Made by a program: the position numbers and the translations under genes
Shown here: in pieces, positions 17,564-27,904 of the stretch
How the letters are laid out: every line of letters starts with the position of its first letter
How positions within the stretch are numbered: position 1 is the first letter of the stretch
The notes under the pieces: model-generated
Told to the model about the DNA's origin: nothing
What the model saw: the letters and a program-made list of their open reading frames with translations, nothing else
Databases searched by the model: none
From: a virus
Lineage: Duplodnaviria; Caudoviricetes
Length of the DNA: 63,204 nucleotides
IMG/VR virus record: IMGVR_UViG_3300030110_002592
Coordinates: 1 to 63,204 of that record
Direction: 5' to 3' (one strand)

Positions 17564-18502
17564 TTAACAATTTCCTAAATTAATAATTATACTATTAGTA
17601 TCAATTTGAAACCACTTATTAACACCGCCCTCGTTGTAATGATAATAACCTGCTCCTTTTCCCGGAGCATTTGCTAATCTTATCTCGGCATTTGCATCTG
17701 CAAACACCCAATCGTATTGTTGTATGTTTGTAGCTGTGCCATTTACAGGCCCTAAATAATAAGTGTCAGTAAGAGCTAAAGCACAAGCAGCAATAGAACT
17801 AGCTGCTAAATCTGAAGCTGAAAAACCTGTCAACGCTTGAGGACAATCTACTTCAAAGCTCCATGTGTCATCACCGGCTCCGACTGCCCCTCTCACTTGT
17901 ACCGTAATGGTTTGTGGGTCTATATCTACTTTAGGGACATACATATGACAAACGCCCGGAACCGTAGGTGCTGTAATAGAAGTGGTATCTGCAGGTGCTA
18001 TCACTAAAGTTTGTTGTGCGCCTGTGGGACTCCATGCATTAGCCGCACCTCCATCCCATTGAAAGACAGGAACTGAATAAGGACTTCCTGCAGGGAAACC
18101 ATAATCTGTGAATTTATCTGATCGACCTACATAACCCACGCCATAACCAAAATTAGCAATACTATATTCATTGTATGTAATGGCATTATAAGTAACATAC
18201 ATAGCGTTAGGAATATTAGAAGGAGATAATCTTAATGGTACTGCTCCTACACCTGTTCCTAATTCTACTTCTAAATTATATACACCAAAATAATTAAAGT
18301 TGTAGTTGAAATCTCCACACAAAGGATTACAAGCAACACAACTGTTTGGTGGCTCTAATAATCCTGACACCTGTCTTCTCACTACCCCACAAGATTGATA
18401 CCATCCATCAGGCGCTTTTGTAGTAAAGGTAGAGTTTGTCCATACTGCCGAAGCATTTGAAAAATCTGCCGCATCGATATAATAATTTCCTAAAGTTGCC
18501 AT
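17564..18502 (-). CDS. Cys-containing beta-rich tail/appendage protein
   Basis: Tail locus; C-terminal module similar to the end of the 1570-aa protein. Confidence 0.55.
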   Translation of the reverse strand: MATLGNYYIDAADFSNASAVWTNSTFTTKAPDGWYQSCGVVRRQVSGLLEPPNSCVACNPLCGDFNYNFNYFGVYNLEVELGTGVGAVPLRLSPSNIPNAMYVTYNAITYNEYSIANFGYGVGYVGRSDKFTDYGFPAGSPYSVPVFQWDGGAANAWSPTGAQQTLVIAPADTTSITAPTVPGVCHMYVPKVDIDPQTITVQVRGAVGAGDDTWSFEVDCPQALTGFSASDLAASSIAACALALTDTYYLGPVNGTATNIQQYDWVFADANAEIRLANAPGKGAGYYHYNEGGVNKWFQIDTNSIIINLGNC

Positions 18503-18503
18503 A

Positions 18504-21500
18504 TTATGTACATGAAGTTTTAACTGTTACTTGTCCACTTGAATTTACAAAAATTGCATCACCATTCACAGCATTAATTCCTAACCATCCTTGTGTTGTA
18601 GTTTTTCTAGAACAATTTGCCTCTGTGTAAATAAAATCTCCTACTTGAGGTTCTGTACCAAGACCCTCAAAATAATACGTTTGAGTCCTTGCCGCTGCAC
18701 ACGCCAACGCTAATGTTGTTCCAAATACTGTTCCGCTAAAAGATTTACAATTAACACACGTAGCGCAATCACAACACGCATCTAATGCGCTAGTATTAGA
18801 GTAACATAATGGTATAGACACCACATCTCTATAATCATAAACCAAATATAAATATTGATCAGTTGTATTTGGCAACGCAAAAGTTCCTTGACGTATAGTA
18901 GAAGTAGGTGTGGTCGTAACTAAAGCAGTAGAGTTAGTAAGTATAGTGTTTATATCTGCAGCACTTGTGCCATACAGAGTGTTAGTCCTCCACCATTTTA
19001 ACTTATGCTTTGAAGCATCAAAAGTAAAATTGTCAGGAGCTATTTTATCACATTGTATATATACTGTGCTTGAATTAGGAGGAATAGAACCTGACCCTTG
19101 AGGTGCTGTAATAGTAGTGTAGTCAGAAACTACATTGTCTACACCATTGGCAAATGTAACCGCTCTGCTTGTAGATGGACTTAGATAACTTCCTTGACCA
19201 AAGAAAAAGTTGTTATGTATTTGTTTAGTAGCTTGTGAAGAAGAAGTTATACAAACAGGAATAACTGTTATCTCCGTAGCGCCCACACATTTTACTGTAA
19301 CATAAAGAAGTCCTGTGCCGGGGCCTGTTCCTGTAATGGTAACTTCTGCAGTTTCTACACTTGCATCTCCTTTAGAAACAGTAAGCGTTCCTGCTACAGG
19401 AGGGTTTATTACACCTGTGGTTGTAGTTGCCGCATTGTATAAAACACTAACTTCAAAACTTTCCATGCTCCCCGCAGGTCTGTAATCTATATCAAAATTA
19501 CCTACATCGGAACCTAACTCCACACAAAACTTTATTGTTTCGCCTGTTTTAATAGGGTAGGAGTTTGTTCTTCCACAATCCACACAAGGCTCTATAGATG
19601 GTATTTTAGTGTCGTTAGAAGATAAAACATATTCATCCATATATGGATCATATCCTCCAAGTTTTTGCGTATTAAAAGAATCAATAAACAAATCTCTAAA
19701 CCAAGACCTCATGCCCATTTCAGAAATGACTACTAAGTTTTGGCTTTTACCACCGCCTATTAAATTTAAAACCGCTCCTCTTTTAGCATCTGTAAAGTAT
19801 ATGTTTTCTCCCCAACGGACAAAACTTTCAGGGTTTTCGCTAATTCCAAAATCTTCTATTCTAGAAATTTGTGTGCCTAATACTTCGGGAATAGAAGTAA
19901 TGGCTCCTCCTCCTGATGAATCACTAAGTAAATTCTTGCTTGCAAGAACATACGAGATTTTATCTTCTTGTAAAGTTAACACATCTGTTTCGCGGGCAGA
20001 CAAAACCTGTATCTCTCCAAACTCTTCCTCGCAAGCTTTAAAATTTAAAAGCCCCAAGTTAAATTCATTTAGACGATTGACATTGCTTTCGTTGTTGTAT
20101 ACACCACTATATGTAATGTCAGCATAGCGATTTGCTTCTTTGTAATCTTGAGCTGATACTGCAGTGGTTTGTTGGCCCAATAAGAAATAATGGCCTGTTA
20201 TAGAGTCATTGATTTTATAACTCTCTACACCATTACCAAATGCATAACAATCAAAAAAGCTTAACAATGATTTACCTGTAGTTCCTGTAGCAATATCTTG
20301 ATTGGTAACATTACATTGGTGATTGCCATTGGTAATATCAAAAGTTTGACTTCCGATGTAATAGATATCAGGATTTGCTTCAGTAGGAACGCTTTCAAAA
20401 ACCAACATATTGTTGGAGTTCTCAATGCTTATTCTACACTCTACTGTAGACCATCTTTTATCTATACCACCACAATATCGTGAGCCACCTAAAAATGTCA
20501 ACCATAGCTGATTAGTAGCGTTGTTTTGAATAAACTGAATTTGATCAGTTCCTTGTATAGCTAAGTCTGTGTACCACGTAGTTGTACCCGGAGCAGGCAC
20601 ATTATATAAAGCACTATAAAAAATAATGCTATTATCGCCCCCATCATCAGGACAACTAACCGCAGTATTTAGATTAGAACTTACATTTATTCCTTCAGTA
20701 ACCCAAAAGTCATGCAAATCAGTATAATCTTGAGATGCAATTATTTGCTCGTCATATTCTGCTAACACTGCACCACAAGCATTGTTATCTTTACATCCTC
20801 TATTTGCTCTATAAAACTTAAAATATATGTTTACTACCGCACCGGCTTTTATATCCCAACGTGAAATAACACCTCCATTATTGTCAAACACAGGGTATTG
20901 TAAATAACAATATTTATTTTCACCCGAGCTATCTGCTTTTCTACTAGCTGCATCATCAGTAGTTGCACTTTCGGAATTGCCACCATATGCTAAACCTGTA
21001 TTAGTTCTAATAGAATAATTTTTAGGTTTTAATCGCATATATAAACCCGGCTGTTGCTCATTGCCATCATCAAGAAAATCTCTTGCTTTGGCTTCTTTTT
21101 CTAAAACCACCGTGTCTACGCAATCGTTAAGAGCGCCATTACTGTCTACCTTAACTCTTAATGTGTCTCCTACATTTACCTTTAATTGGTTTTCCCCTGC
21201 TAATTGTATCCATGCAGAATTGTCTAAAGAATCAATATAATAGAAATTGCTATATAGTGTTTCGTATAACGTTTCGCGAGGTTGCAATGCCCACTTATAT
21301 TTCGTGGCCCACGCAGGAGCAGTCATTGTTGGTGGTAGTTCTACAGCAAGTTTATTAATTAAATCACTTGTATCGCAAGCCGTATGGACAGTATTATTAT
21401 CACTAGGCAAAGCTGTAGTCGCTCTATTATATTCATCCATGTATATTATAGATAAATCATAGTCCCTATTGCTGTGTAAGCTTTTAGTTGTACCTGTGGC

Positions 21501-23216
21501 ATTATAAAGAATAGATGCATCGCTAATACTAAAAAACTCAAACGCATCATCATTTAATGGATTGCCGGCATCTACAAACTGCATACACATAAACTGCACT
21601 TGTATTTCTTCTGTAGCAAAAGCCGTTACTGTGGGTGGTTGATTGGCTGCATTAATACCGCCTGCTTTTTTGTTAAATCCTGCAGGTTGACCTACAGCAC
21701 AATTCCATACATCAGCCGCTGTAACACCAATTGTACAAGCAGTAGAAGCAGAAGCAGTAGGAAATGTGCCAATGGTATTTTGAAATTCTGTGCTATTAAC
21801 AAAATCAATAACATTAGCATAATCCTGTTGTAGTGTTACTGACCATTCAATACTAAAAGGCGCAGTAGGAGCAGTAGCAGCAGGTATATCCGATCCAAAC
21901 CATTGGTAGTGTGTAAAGTCCATTAAGAAAGACATTGTAGCTCCCATCTTCAACCCTATGGTTGACACTAAACTGCTTAAATCAAATGTAACTTTACCGT
22001 TAGGAATTACTTGAGAGTTACCACCTCCACTTGAAGGAAAAGTAAAATAAGAACCGTTAGTTATATTTAAGTAATTAACCTCAGTTAACTCAGGATCAGA
22101 ACTCTCTATGCTTGCTTCAAATGTTTGCAAACATTTATTGCCGTCAGAGTTTATTAGATTATATCCATCTACATAATTACCGTACATCAACCTATTACCC
22201 ATAATGGTTTGGGCCTTGGCTAATCTTGGCACATTATCGTAAAGTCTTAAAATCTCAGAACTTGGTAATACTGTATATATCTTGTTGTTAGAAAAAATAA
22301 TTTCTTCAGTAGTATTATCAACCCACCCTTCATCTGCTTTTACATATTTTTCTATAACCCTTACAATGTTATCATCAGCATATTTAAAACATAAGTCAAT
22401 ACCCGTAACTAGGTCATCTCCTGTATTAAAAGATACTCGTGCAGCATTGTAATAGTTTACCATGCCCCCGTTATAATAATTATTTATATCTATTTGATAC
22501 ATTTCAGGCTCAAAGGCCACATCAGAAAACTGAGATAAAGCACTGTATTCACCGTTTTTATATTTGTATCTGTAAGCAAAAGACACAAAACGAGTTTCAA
22601 TAAAGTTTTCTTGGCCCGGCTGATTAAACAACTCATAAGATGGTGCAGCCAATGGAGGTTGCACAATAACATTTATCATTTTGTTGGTGATTTGGTCTAC
22701 ACCAACTGCCGGCACAGGATAGTTTTCTGTAACATTAATCCTACGTGGGGGATTGTAGTCATCAGTAAAAAACAACAAGTCTTCTACTTTATTAACAGCA
22801 TTAATTAAATAAGTAGGACTAAAATTTAAAATGCTTTTAGTAGGGTTTGCCGAATCTTGCATCGAAACCACATGGTAGTTAGTAACTCCTGAAACTGTGT
22901 TGTAAGAAACTATTAAGTCTAAAATGTTGTTTGGTGAAGGAGCAAAGTTGGAATCATGAACAAACCAATATATCGTTTCTTCTGACCCATCTTCAAATGC
23001 ACCAATACATTTTGCTGAAGAACTTAAAGCAGTTCCTGCAAACTCAAGTGTGCTTATTTGAGTATTTCCTTTAGAGTTTTCTACAGAACCAATCTCTGAT
23101 TCTTCAGTAGACCCAAGCCGAACATTCATCGCATCAACGTACTCTCCTTGCGGAAGGAGCCTTTCGTCAACACTTTTATTCATGCGACCCTTTATAAAAT
23201 TTCTGTTTACTTTCAT
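18504..23216 (-). CDS. Tail stabilisation/muzzle (nozzle) protein, crAss-like/P22 gp10-like
   Basis: N-terminal F.KGRMNKSVDERLLPQGEYVDAMNVR; LFFTDDYNPPRRINV; YFTDAKRGAVL; GGYDPY. Confidence 0.75.
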   Translation of the reverse strand: MKVNRNFIKGRMNKSVDERLLPQGEYVDAMNVRLGSTEESEIGSVENSKGNTQISTLEFAGTALSSSAKCIGAFEDGSEETIYWFVHDSNFAPSPNNILDLIVSYNTVSGVTNYHVVSMQDSANPTKSILNFSPTYLINAVNKVEDLLFFTDDYNPPRRINVTENYPVPAVGVDQITNKMINVIVQPPLAAPSYELFNQPGQENFIETRFVSFAYRYKYKNGEYSALSQFSDVAFEPEMYQIDINNYYNGGMVNYYNAARVSFNTGDDLVTGIDLCFKYADDNIVRVIEKYVKADEGWVDNTTEEIIFSNNKIYTVLPSSEILRLYDNVPRLAKAQTIMGNRLMYGNYVDGYNLINSDGNKCLQTFEASIESSDPELTEVNYLNITNGSYFTFPSSGGGNSQVIPNGKVTFDLSSLVSTIGLKMGATMSFLMDFTHYQWFGSDIPAATAPTAPFSIEWSVTLQQDYANVIDFVNSTEFQNTIGTFPTASASTACTIGVTAADVWNCAVGQPAGFNKKAGGINAANQPPTVTAFATEEIQVQFMCMQFVDAGNPLNDDAFEFFSISDASILYNATGTTKSLHSNRDYDLSIIYMDEYNRATTALPSDNNTVHTACDTSDLINKLAVELPPTMTAPAWATKYKWALQPRETLYETLYSNFYYIDSLDNSAWIQLAGENQLKVNVGDTLRVKVDSNGALNDCVDTVVLEKEAKARDFLDDGNEQQPGLYMRLKPKNYSIRTNTGLAYGGNSESATTDDAASRKADSSGENKYCYLQYPVFDNNGGVISRWDIKAGAVVNIYFKFYRANRGCKDNNACGAVLAEYDEQIIASQDYTDLHDFWVTEGINVSSNLNTAVSCPDDGGDNSIIFYSALYNVPAPGTTTWYTDLAIQGTDQIQFIQNNATNQLWLTFLGGSRYCGGIDKRWSTVECRISIENSNNMLVFESVPTEANPDIYYIGSQTFDITNGNHQCNVTNQDIATGTTGKSLLSFFDCYAFGNGVESYKINDSITGHYFLLGQQTTAVSAQDYKEANRYADITYSGVYNNESNVNRLNEFNLGLLNFKACEEEFGEIQVLSARETDVLTLQEDKISYVLASKNLLSDSSGGGAITSIPEVLGTQISRIEDFGISENPESFVRWGENIYFTDAKRGAVLNLIGGGKSQNLVVISEMGMRSWFRDLFIDSFNTQKLGGYDPYMDEYVLSSNDTKIPSIEPCVDCGRTNSYPIKTGETIKFCVELGSDVGNFDIDYRPAGSMESFEVSVLYNAATTTTGVINPPVAGTLTVSKGDASVETAEVTITGTGPGTGLLYVTVKCVGATEITVIPVCITSSSQATKQIHNNFFFGQGSYLSPSTSRAVTFANGVDNVVSDYTTITAPQGSGSIPPNSSTVYIQCDKIAPDNFTFDASKHKLKWWRTNTLYGTSAADINTILTNSTALVTTTPTSTIRQGTFALPNTTDQYLYLVYDYRDVVSIPLCYSNTSALDACCDCATCVNCKSFSGTVFGTTLALACAAARTQTYYFEGLGTEPQVGDFIYTEANCSRKTTTQGWLGINAVNGDAIFVNSSGQVTVKTSCT

Positions 23217-23217
23217 G

Positions 23218-24141
23218 CTATTTTATCCACTTAGCTTGACCTCTTAAATTCATTAGTAATCTACCGGGATGTATATTACTCATTCTTATTTTAGCATTTC
23301 TTAATAATGCCGCTTTTTTTCTTCTGCTTCTATTAACAATATACTCTTGAACACCAAGCTTGTTGTCTAATATCATATATTGAATATAAGCATAAACATA
23401 CTCTTCAAATAACTTATTGACATGAATATCAGATTCTACGCCACCTTCCATGCCATCAGATACATATTCTAAAACACAAGACTCTCCTGCCATTCCTGAA
23501 CTAAAGTTTATTACTCCGTTCTTGCTATCAATTCTAAAAGTAGGATTAGCATTGGCTGTTTCAGTATTCAAGCCATACCTCGCACCTATAGGAAACTCAA
23601 AAAACCAACAGCCATCCATACACCATCCTTCACAATTATTGTAAGGACTATTGCTGTTTAAGTAAATACTTTTTTTGGTATTATTAAGTCTTGCTAAGTC
23701 AAGCTCAGAATTTTGTGGTCTTAATACATTGCCATTTAAATCAAACAATATTTTACAGTTATTGTCCTGTAGATATGCATCAGAGCTTAACGCTTGTATG
23801 TTTTCTGTAAGAGGATACAGATATCCATTTTTCCATAACGAAACCCTTATCCAATTAACATAATTAGGAGGTAATACAAATCTTAGATTATCACATACAT
23901 CCAATTGCAACACTCTTGTTTCTTTAAAAGCATCGTAATTTAATTCCTGTATGGCTCGTTTTGCGTGAAATATAATCTTATACCTCTCCTCATTATTTAC
24001 TAATGAGTGGTTTCCTGCATACATTAATTCAAAGTTATTAACAATATTTTCTAAAGAAACCCATTGATAACTTCCCCAATTTGCATTCTCAGGAACATTG
24101 CCCCCATTTTCATAATATTGGTAATCTGTTAAATATGCCAT
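23218..24141 (-). CDS. Tail ring/adaptor protein
   Basis: FHAKRAIQELNYD...LPPNYVNWIRVS; position before the muzzle gene. Confidence 0.65.
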   Translation of the reverse strand: MAYLTDYQYYENGGNVPENANWGSYQWVSLENIVNNFELMYAGNHSLVNNEERYKIIFHAKRAIQELNYDAFKETRVLQLDVCDNLRFVLPPNYVNWIRVSLWKNGYLYPLTENIQALSSDAYLQDNNCKILFDLNGNVLRPQNSELDLARLNNTKKSIYLNSNSPYNNCEGWCMDGCWFFEFPIGARYGLNTETANANPTFRIDSKNGVINFSSGMAGESCVLEYVSDGMEGGVESDIHVNKLFEEYVYAYIQYMILDNKLGVQEYIVNRSRRKKAALLRNAKIRMSNIHPGRLLMNLRGQAKWIK

Positions 24142-24890
24142 TATTGTTCAGCTTGTTCAGATTGTAAAAATTGTTGATTTGCAAAATCAACTGTCTCAAT
24201 TTCCCTAATAGACATTCCGGCATATTCTAGTATCTTTCTTATTATATTAGTTTGATCAGAACTTGGTAATTCAAAGTCTACATAATCTGCTTGAGTAGAA
24301 GAAAAAACCGGCTGCCCATTAACAAGAGTGGGATTAAATGTCCACTTTGGAACACGAGGATATCTAATATATGTAAGCCTAACATCTGATGTAATAGACA
24401 AAGGATATACCTTAACACTATTTGTTTGTATTTGTGGAACCGCACTCGTAGCAGGATTTAAAGTGTATGCAGGGAAAGTAGTGCTTGGCGCTGTTAAATT
24501 AGACATCAACAACTTACTTATTTTATTTAAAGATACTCGCTCAATATTAGTAAAGGTAGCAGGAGAAACCACAGGGGCTAACTCTATTTTTAACAACGTA
24601 TACCAATCTGTAGGTAAAGTGAAAGTTAAAGTAGGTGCATCGTAAACTAAAGTTTTGTAAACTGTAAAAATATCAATCACCTCTCCAAGCTGTTGCTTTA
24701 TGTTGGCATAACCTGTTCCTGATTGTCTTGCATTTTCTTTATTTATTTGATAGTTATAATCATAAAAATAATTTTCAAATAAATCTAGTTGAGCTTGCTC
24801 TGCATATAAGTTAAAATCCGCAGGCGATATATAACCGTAATTGTTCTTGTTTAGAATCGCTAATACTGTATTTCGAACGGAATTAATCAT
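24141..24890 (-). CDS. Tail ring/tubular protein (head-tail connector)
   Basis: ILNKNNYGYISPADFNLYAEQAQLDLF...LTYIRYP..PKW...DFELP. Confidence 0.65.
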   Translation of the reverse strand: MINSVRNTVLAILNKNNYGYISPADFNLYAEQAQLDLFENYFYDYNYQINKENARQSGTGYANIKQQLGEVIDIFTVYKTLVYDAPTLTFTLPTDWYTLLKIELAPVVSPATFTNIERVSLNKISKLLMSNLTAPSTTFPAYTLNPATSAVPQIQTNSVKVYPLSITSDVRLTYIRYPRVPKWTFNPTLVNGQPVFSSTQADYVDFELPSSDQTNIIRKILEYAGMSIREIETVDFANQQFLQSEQAEQ

Positions 24891-24910
24891 TATGGATTAT
24901 TTTGTATATA

Positions 24911-24918
24911 CAAAGATA
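24911..24918 (-). promoter_or_regulatory. -7 promoter box (TATCTTTG)
   Basis: TAnnTTTG upstream of 24890. Confidence 0.65.
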
Positions 24919-24925
24919 GTAAAAT

Positions 24926-24955
24926 AAAAAAAGGTCGCATTCTTCAATACGACCC
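24926..24955 (-). terminator. Rho-independent terminator
   Basis: GGTCGTA..TGCGACC stem followed by a T tract on the minus strand. Confidence 0.6.
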
Positions 24956-24984
24956 TTCCCTTTAACTATGGTAAAAGACAAATA

Positions 24985-25512
24985 TTAAGATACCGCAATC
25001 GCTGTAATAATAGAAGAAGTACCTTCTTCTAAGTCAAAGATTACTTTAGGCTTTTCTGATGGAGAAGCAGCTTCTTCCATAAGGTTTAATATTTTTATTG
25101 CAAACAATTGGTTAGCAGCAGTACCATATGCTGTATGAGTAATAGTAATGGTATCGTTAGCTGCAGCCGTAGTTTGAATAACTGTAGAAGTTGTAGATGC
25201 TTGACTTACCGTTGCAATTTGTGCAAGTGGTACAATTTGAAATTGGCTTCTGTCTCCTTCTTGGTTGTAAACCTTGTAAGCAGTTGTATTAGGTACTCCT
25301 GTTCCTGCAGTAACAGTAAGTTCTGTAGCAGCTACTGCGGTTACTTGAGTAATACCTGCTGAAGTAGAAACTAAATCTCCTAAGCTAATTCCATCAAGCT
25401 GAAATCCTTGGCCGCCATCAATTACTTTGTTATTAGATCCCGCGGTTCCATTTCCTGTGGTTGTTCCTGTTGCTAATTCTGTAGCAACGTAAAGTTTTAA
25501 ATATTTAGACAT
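24985..25512 (-). CDS. Putative capsid-associated/decoration protein
   Basis: Thr/Ala/Gly-rich beta protein downstream of the capsid gene. Confidence 0.5.
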   Translation of the reverse strand: MSKYLKLYVATELATGTTTGNGTAGSNNKVIDGGQGFQLDGISLGDLVSTSAGITQVTAVAATELTVTAGTGVPNTTAYKVYNQEGDRSQFQIVPLAQIATVSQASTTSTVIQTTAAANDTITITHTAYGTAANQLFAIKILNLMEEAASPSEKPKVIFDLEEGTSSIITAIAVS

Positions 25513-25548
25513 TTTTAAAATAATTTATTTGTTAACAAAATCTGATTA

Positions 25549-25556
25549 CAAATATA
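25549..25556 (-). promoter_or_regulatory. -7 promoter box (TATATTTG)
   Basis: TAnnTTTG upstream of 25512. Confidence 0.6.
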
Positions 25557-25564
25557 ATAAAACT

Positions 25565-26344
25565 TTATTTACCGCTTAAAAGCTTCTCTAACACCTTTAG
25601 TGCTTCAATGCCATCATCAGATTGAAAGAAAGAGGCTACAATGAAATCTCTATTTTCACCAAAAGGAATGGTAAGCATCTTAGCTTTGTTGGTTTTAGTA
25701 TTAAAGTAAACGTGCTTTTTGTTTTTTACAACAAGCAAATTATTATCAAACAATGTTGCTGACAAAGCTTGAAGTCTTAAAATAGGATCATTAATAACTT
25801 CTAAGAACTGCCAAGGGTCTCTACGCGCATAAACCATTACATCTCTTTTTAACTCAGCACTTGTCATTTTGTCTACATTTAAACCTAACACTGCGCGAGC
25901 TACTTGTTCAAGGCGTTCAATACTCATTTCTTTAACAGCCACCAATGCATCTAATTCTACATTTAATATATCTAAATCTTCTTGGGCATTTTTTTCTTCA
26001 TTAACTTCTACAAAAATGTAACCATTTTCAGGATGATAATGTAAAAACTCTTGTAATACCGGATTAGTTTTAGATACGTGTAAAAAGCCATCTTCAAAAA
26101 TAATAGGCTCTAAAATAGCATTTCCATCTTGTTCATCTTCAAAAGGAGACTTTTGATTTTTAGCGTAACGCAAAGGTTTGTTTATGCCTTCGGTTTCATC
26201 AAAATGTAATAAAGGTTTTCTTTTTGTATGCTTAGAAGAAAGCATATAAGACATCGGAGCGATGTTCTTAGTTAATTTGTACATTTTATCTGTTAATACT
26301 TGTACAGATTTTTTTGGGGTTGGTACTTTAGTCTTGGTACTCAT
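25565..26344 (-). CDS. Head-module protein following the major capsid gene
   Basis: LRYAKNQKSPFEDEQ..IIFEDGFL..LQEFL.YHP.N motif; synteny. Confidence 0.6.
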   Translation of the reverse strand: MSTKTKVPTPKKSVQVLTDKMYKLTKNIAPMSYMLSSKHTKRKPLLHFDETEGINKPLRYAKNQKSPFEDEQDGNAILEPIIFEDGFLHVSKTNPVLQEFLHYHPENGYIFVEVNEEKNAQEDLDILNVELDALVAVKEMSIERLEQVARAVLGLNVDKMTSAELKRDVMVYARRDPWQFLEVINDPILRLQALSATLFDNNLLVVKNKKHVYFNTKTNKAKMLTIPFGENRDFIVASFFQSDDGIEALKVLEKLLSGK

Positions 26345-26375
26345 TTTTAATAAGTTTATTAAATTAAATTAAATT

Positions 26376-26402
26376 AAAAAAAGGGGAACCCGAAGGCCCC
26401 CC
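26376..26402 (-). terminator. Rho-independent terminator after the major capsid gene
   Basis: GGGGGGCC-TTCG-GGTTCCCC followed by a T7 tract. Confidence 0.85.
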
Positions 26403-26412
26403 TTAAATGTGA

Positions 26413-27876
26413 TTAAGCTTCAAATAAGAAGAAGTTGTTAGCACCTAAAGTACAAACAGCTCTTTCAGATAAGAAGTGAACCTCCATTGCATCCAAATCA
26501 GAAGTTCTTGCACCACCGGCAGAACCTGTGATCCAAGTTTTATATCTTCTGTCTTCAGTTTCAGAAGCTCTGTATCTAACGTGCAAGAAAGGTCTCTTAG
26601 CATTCTTGCCAAGAACTTGATCATAAACACTAGTAGAACCTGCAGGAACAAGTAGTCCATAGATTTCACCTGCGTGAATACCACCTCTCATAGCAGCATC
26701 GTTAAGATATTTCCAATCAGATTTATAGAAATCATATCCTCTACGGAATCCTCTAAATCCAAGGTTTAAAGCCATTTCCTCATCGTTGTCAAACAAACCA
26801 TAAGAAGTACCACCTGCGCCGTAAGAGTTTTGAGCAGCCAACATATCATCAATGTCGAAGCTTAATTCTCTGTTTACGAACAACACGTTTTCTTCAATCG
26901 CGCCTTGTTTGTCTAAACGTTGGATAATAGCATCAAAGTCAGCTAAAGTTGAAGGAGCGCCTTGGAAGACATTTCCTCTTTCTTTAACAACATAGAATAC
27001 ACCTTGTGAGCCAATACGACCCGGGCCACCCGGAAGAGCTGCTGCTGCACCTGAACCCGCATCTGCAGGAATAGCTTCAATCATAGCAGTTTCAAGATGA
27101 TCGTCAAAACGCATTCTAGTATCAGACTCAGACTTCAAATACCATAGGTATCCTGAAGCTCCCATTTCAGAAGTTACTTCAATCCATCCGATTTGAGCCA
27201 TATCAGAACCGTTAACCTCATATCTATCTCTGATGATGATAGGGTTGTTTTCAAATATGTAAGAATCAGATTCAAAACTTCCTGTAAGCCCTGATGAACC
27301 TTTTCTATATTCAGAACCATATACGAATACAGTTAAAGTATCTGCAGGCGAAAAAGCTTGTCCCGCTGCTTCATAATAAGCAACAGTAAAAGATTGAGCA
27401 GCAGGAGCAGGATCACCCGGATTAGTAACATCGGTTACTAAAGCCTTGTTATATAAAGTAGTTGCGCCTGCGTTTGCTGAAATCATTATAGTCATACCTA
27501 CACGAATAGCGATACCGCCTTGACCACCTGTAGTAGTTCCTCCCCCTGCAATTGTAGGAGTAAGATTATCACTTACAGTAATAGTTGCTGTACTTGCGCC
27601 GGCTAAATCACCTGCTCCAACAGCACAGTTAGTATACTTAACGTGTAAACGACCTTGTTCAGACCATTTAATTAAATCAGAATTAGAAGGCATCTCTGCG
27701 CCAACTAATCTTAAAAAAGATGAAATGCTTCGATTACCATAACGCTCAAATTCTTTTTCGTAAGTATCAGGAAGATACTGACTCATAAAATCAAACGTAG
27801 TCAGATAGTTAGAAGCAGTGGGTACTCGTTCCGCACTTGGAATTAAGTCAAAACCCGGAGTTGCTAATACACTCAT
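26413..27876 (-). CDS. Major capsid protein
   Basis: 487 aa after portal and scaffold; WSEQGRLH, YGSEYRKG, GSDMAQIGWIEV, HFLSER motifs; own terminator. Confidence 0.85.
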   Translation of the reverse strand: MSVLATPGFDLIPSAERVPTASNYLTTFDFMSQYLPDTYEKEFERYGNRSISSFLRLVGAEMPSNSDLIKWSEQGRLHVKYTNCAVGAGDLAGASTATITVSDNLTPTIAGGGTTTGGQGGIAIRVGMTIMISANAGATTLYNKALVTDVTNPGDPAPAAQSFTVAYYEAAGQAFSPADTLTVFVYGSEYRKGSSGLTGSFESDSYIFENNPIIIRDRYEVNGSDMAQIGWIEVTSEMGASGYLWYLKSESDTRMRFDDHLETAMIEAIPADAGSGAAAALPGGPGRIGSQGVFYVVKERGNVFQGAPSTLADFDAIIQRLDKQGAIEENVLFVNRELSFDIDDMLAAQNSYGAGGTSYGLFDNDEEMALNLGFRGFRRGYDFYKSDWKYLNDAAMRGGIHAGEIYGLLVPAGSTSVYDQVLGKNAKRPFLHVRYRASETEDRRYKTWITGSAGGARTSDLDAMEVHFLSERAVCTLGANNFFLFEA

Positions 27877-27904
27877 TTTATATTTATTTTAAAATTTTTT
27901 TAAT

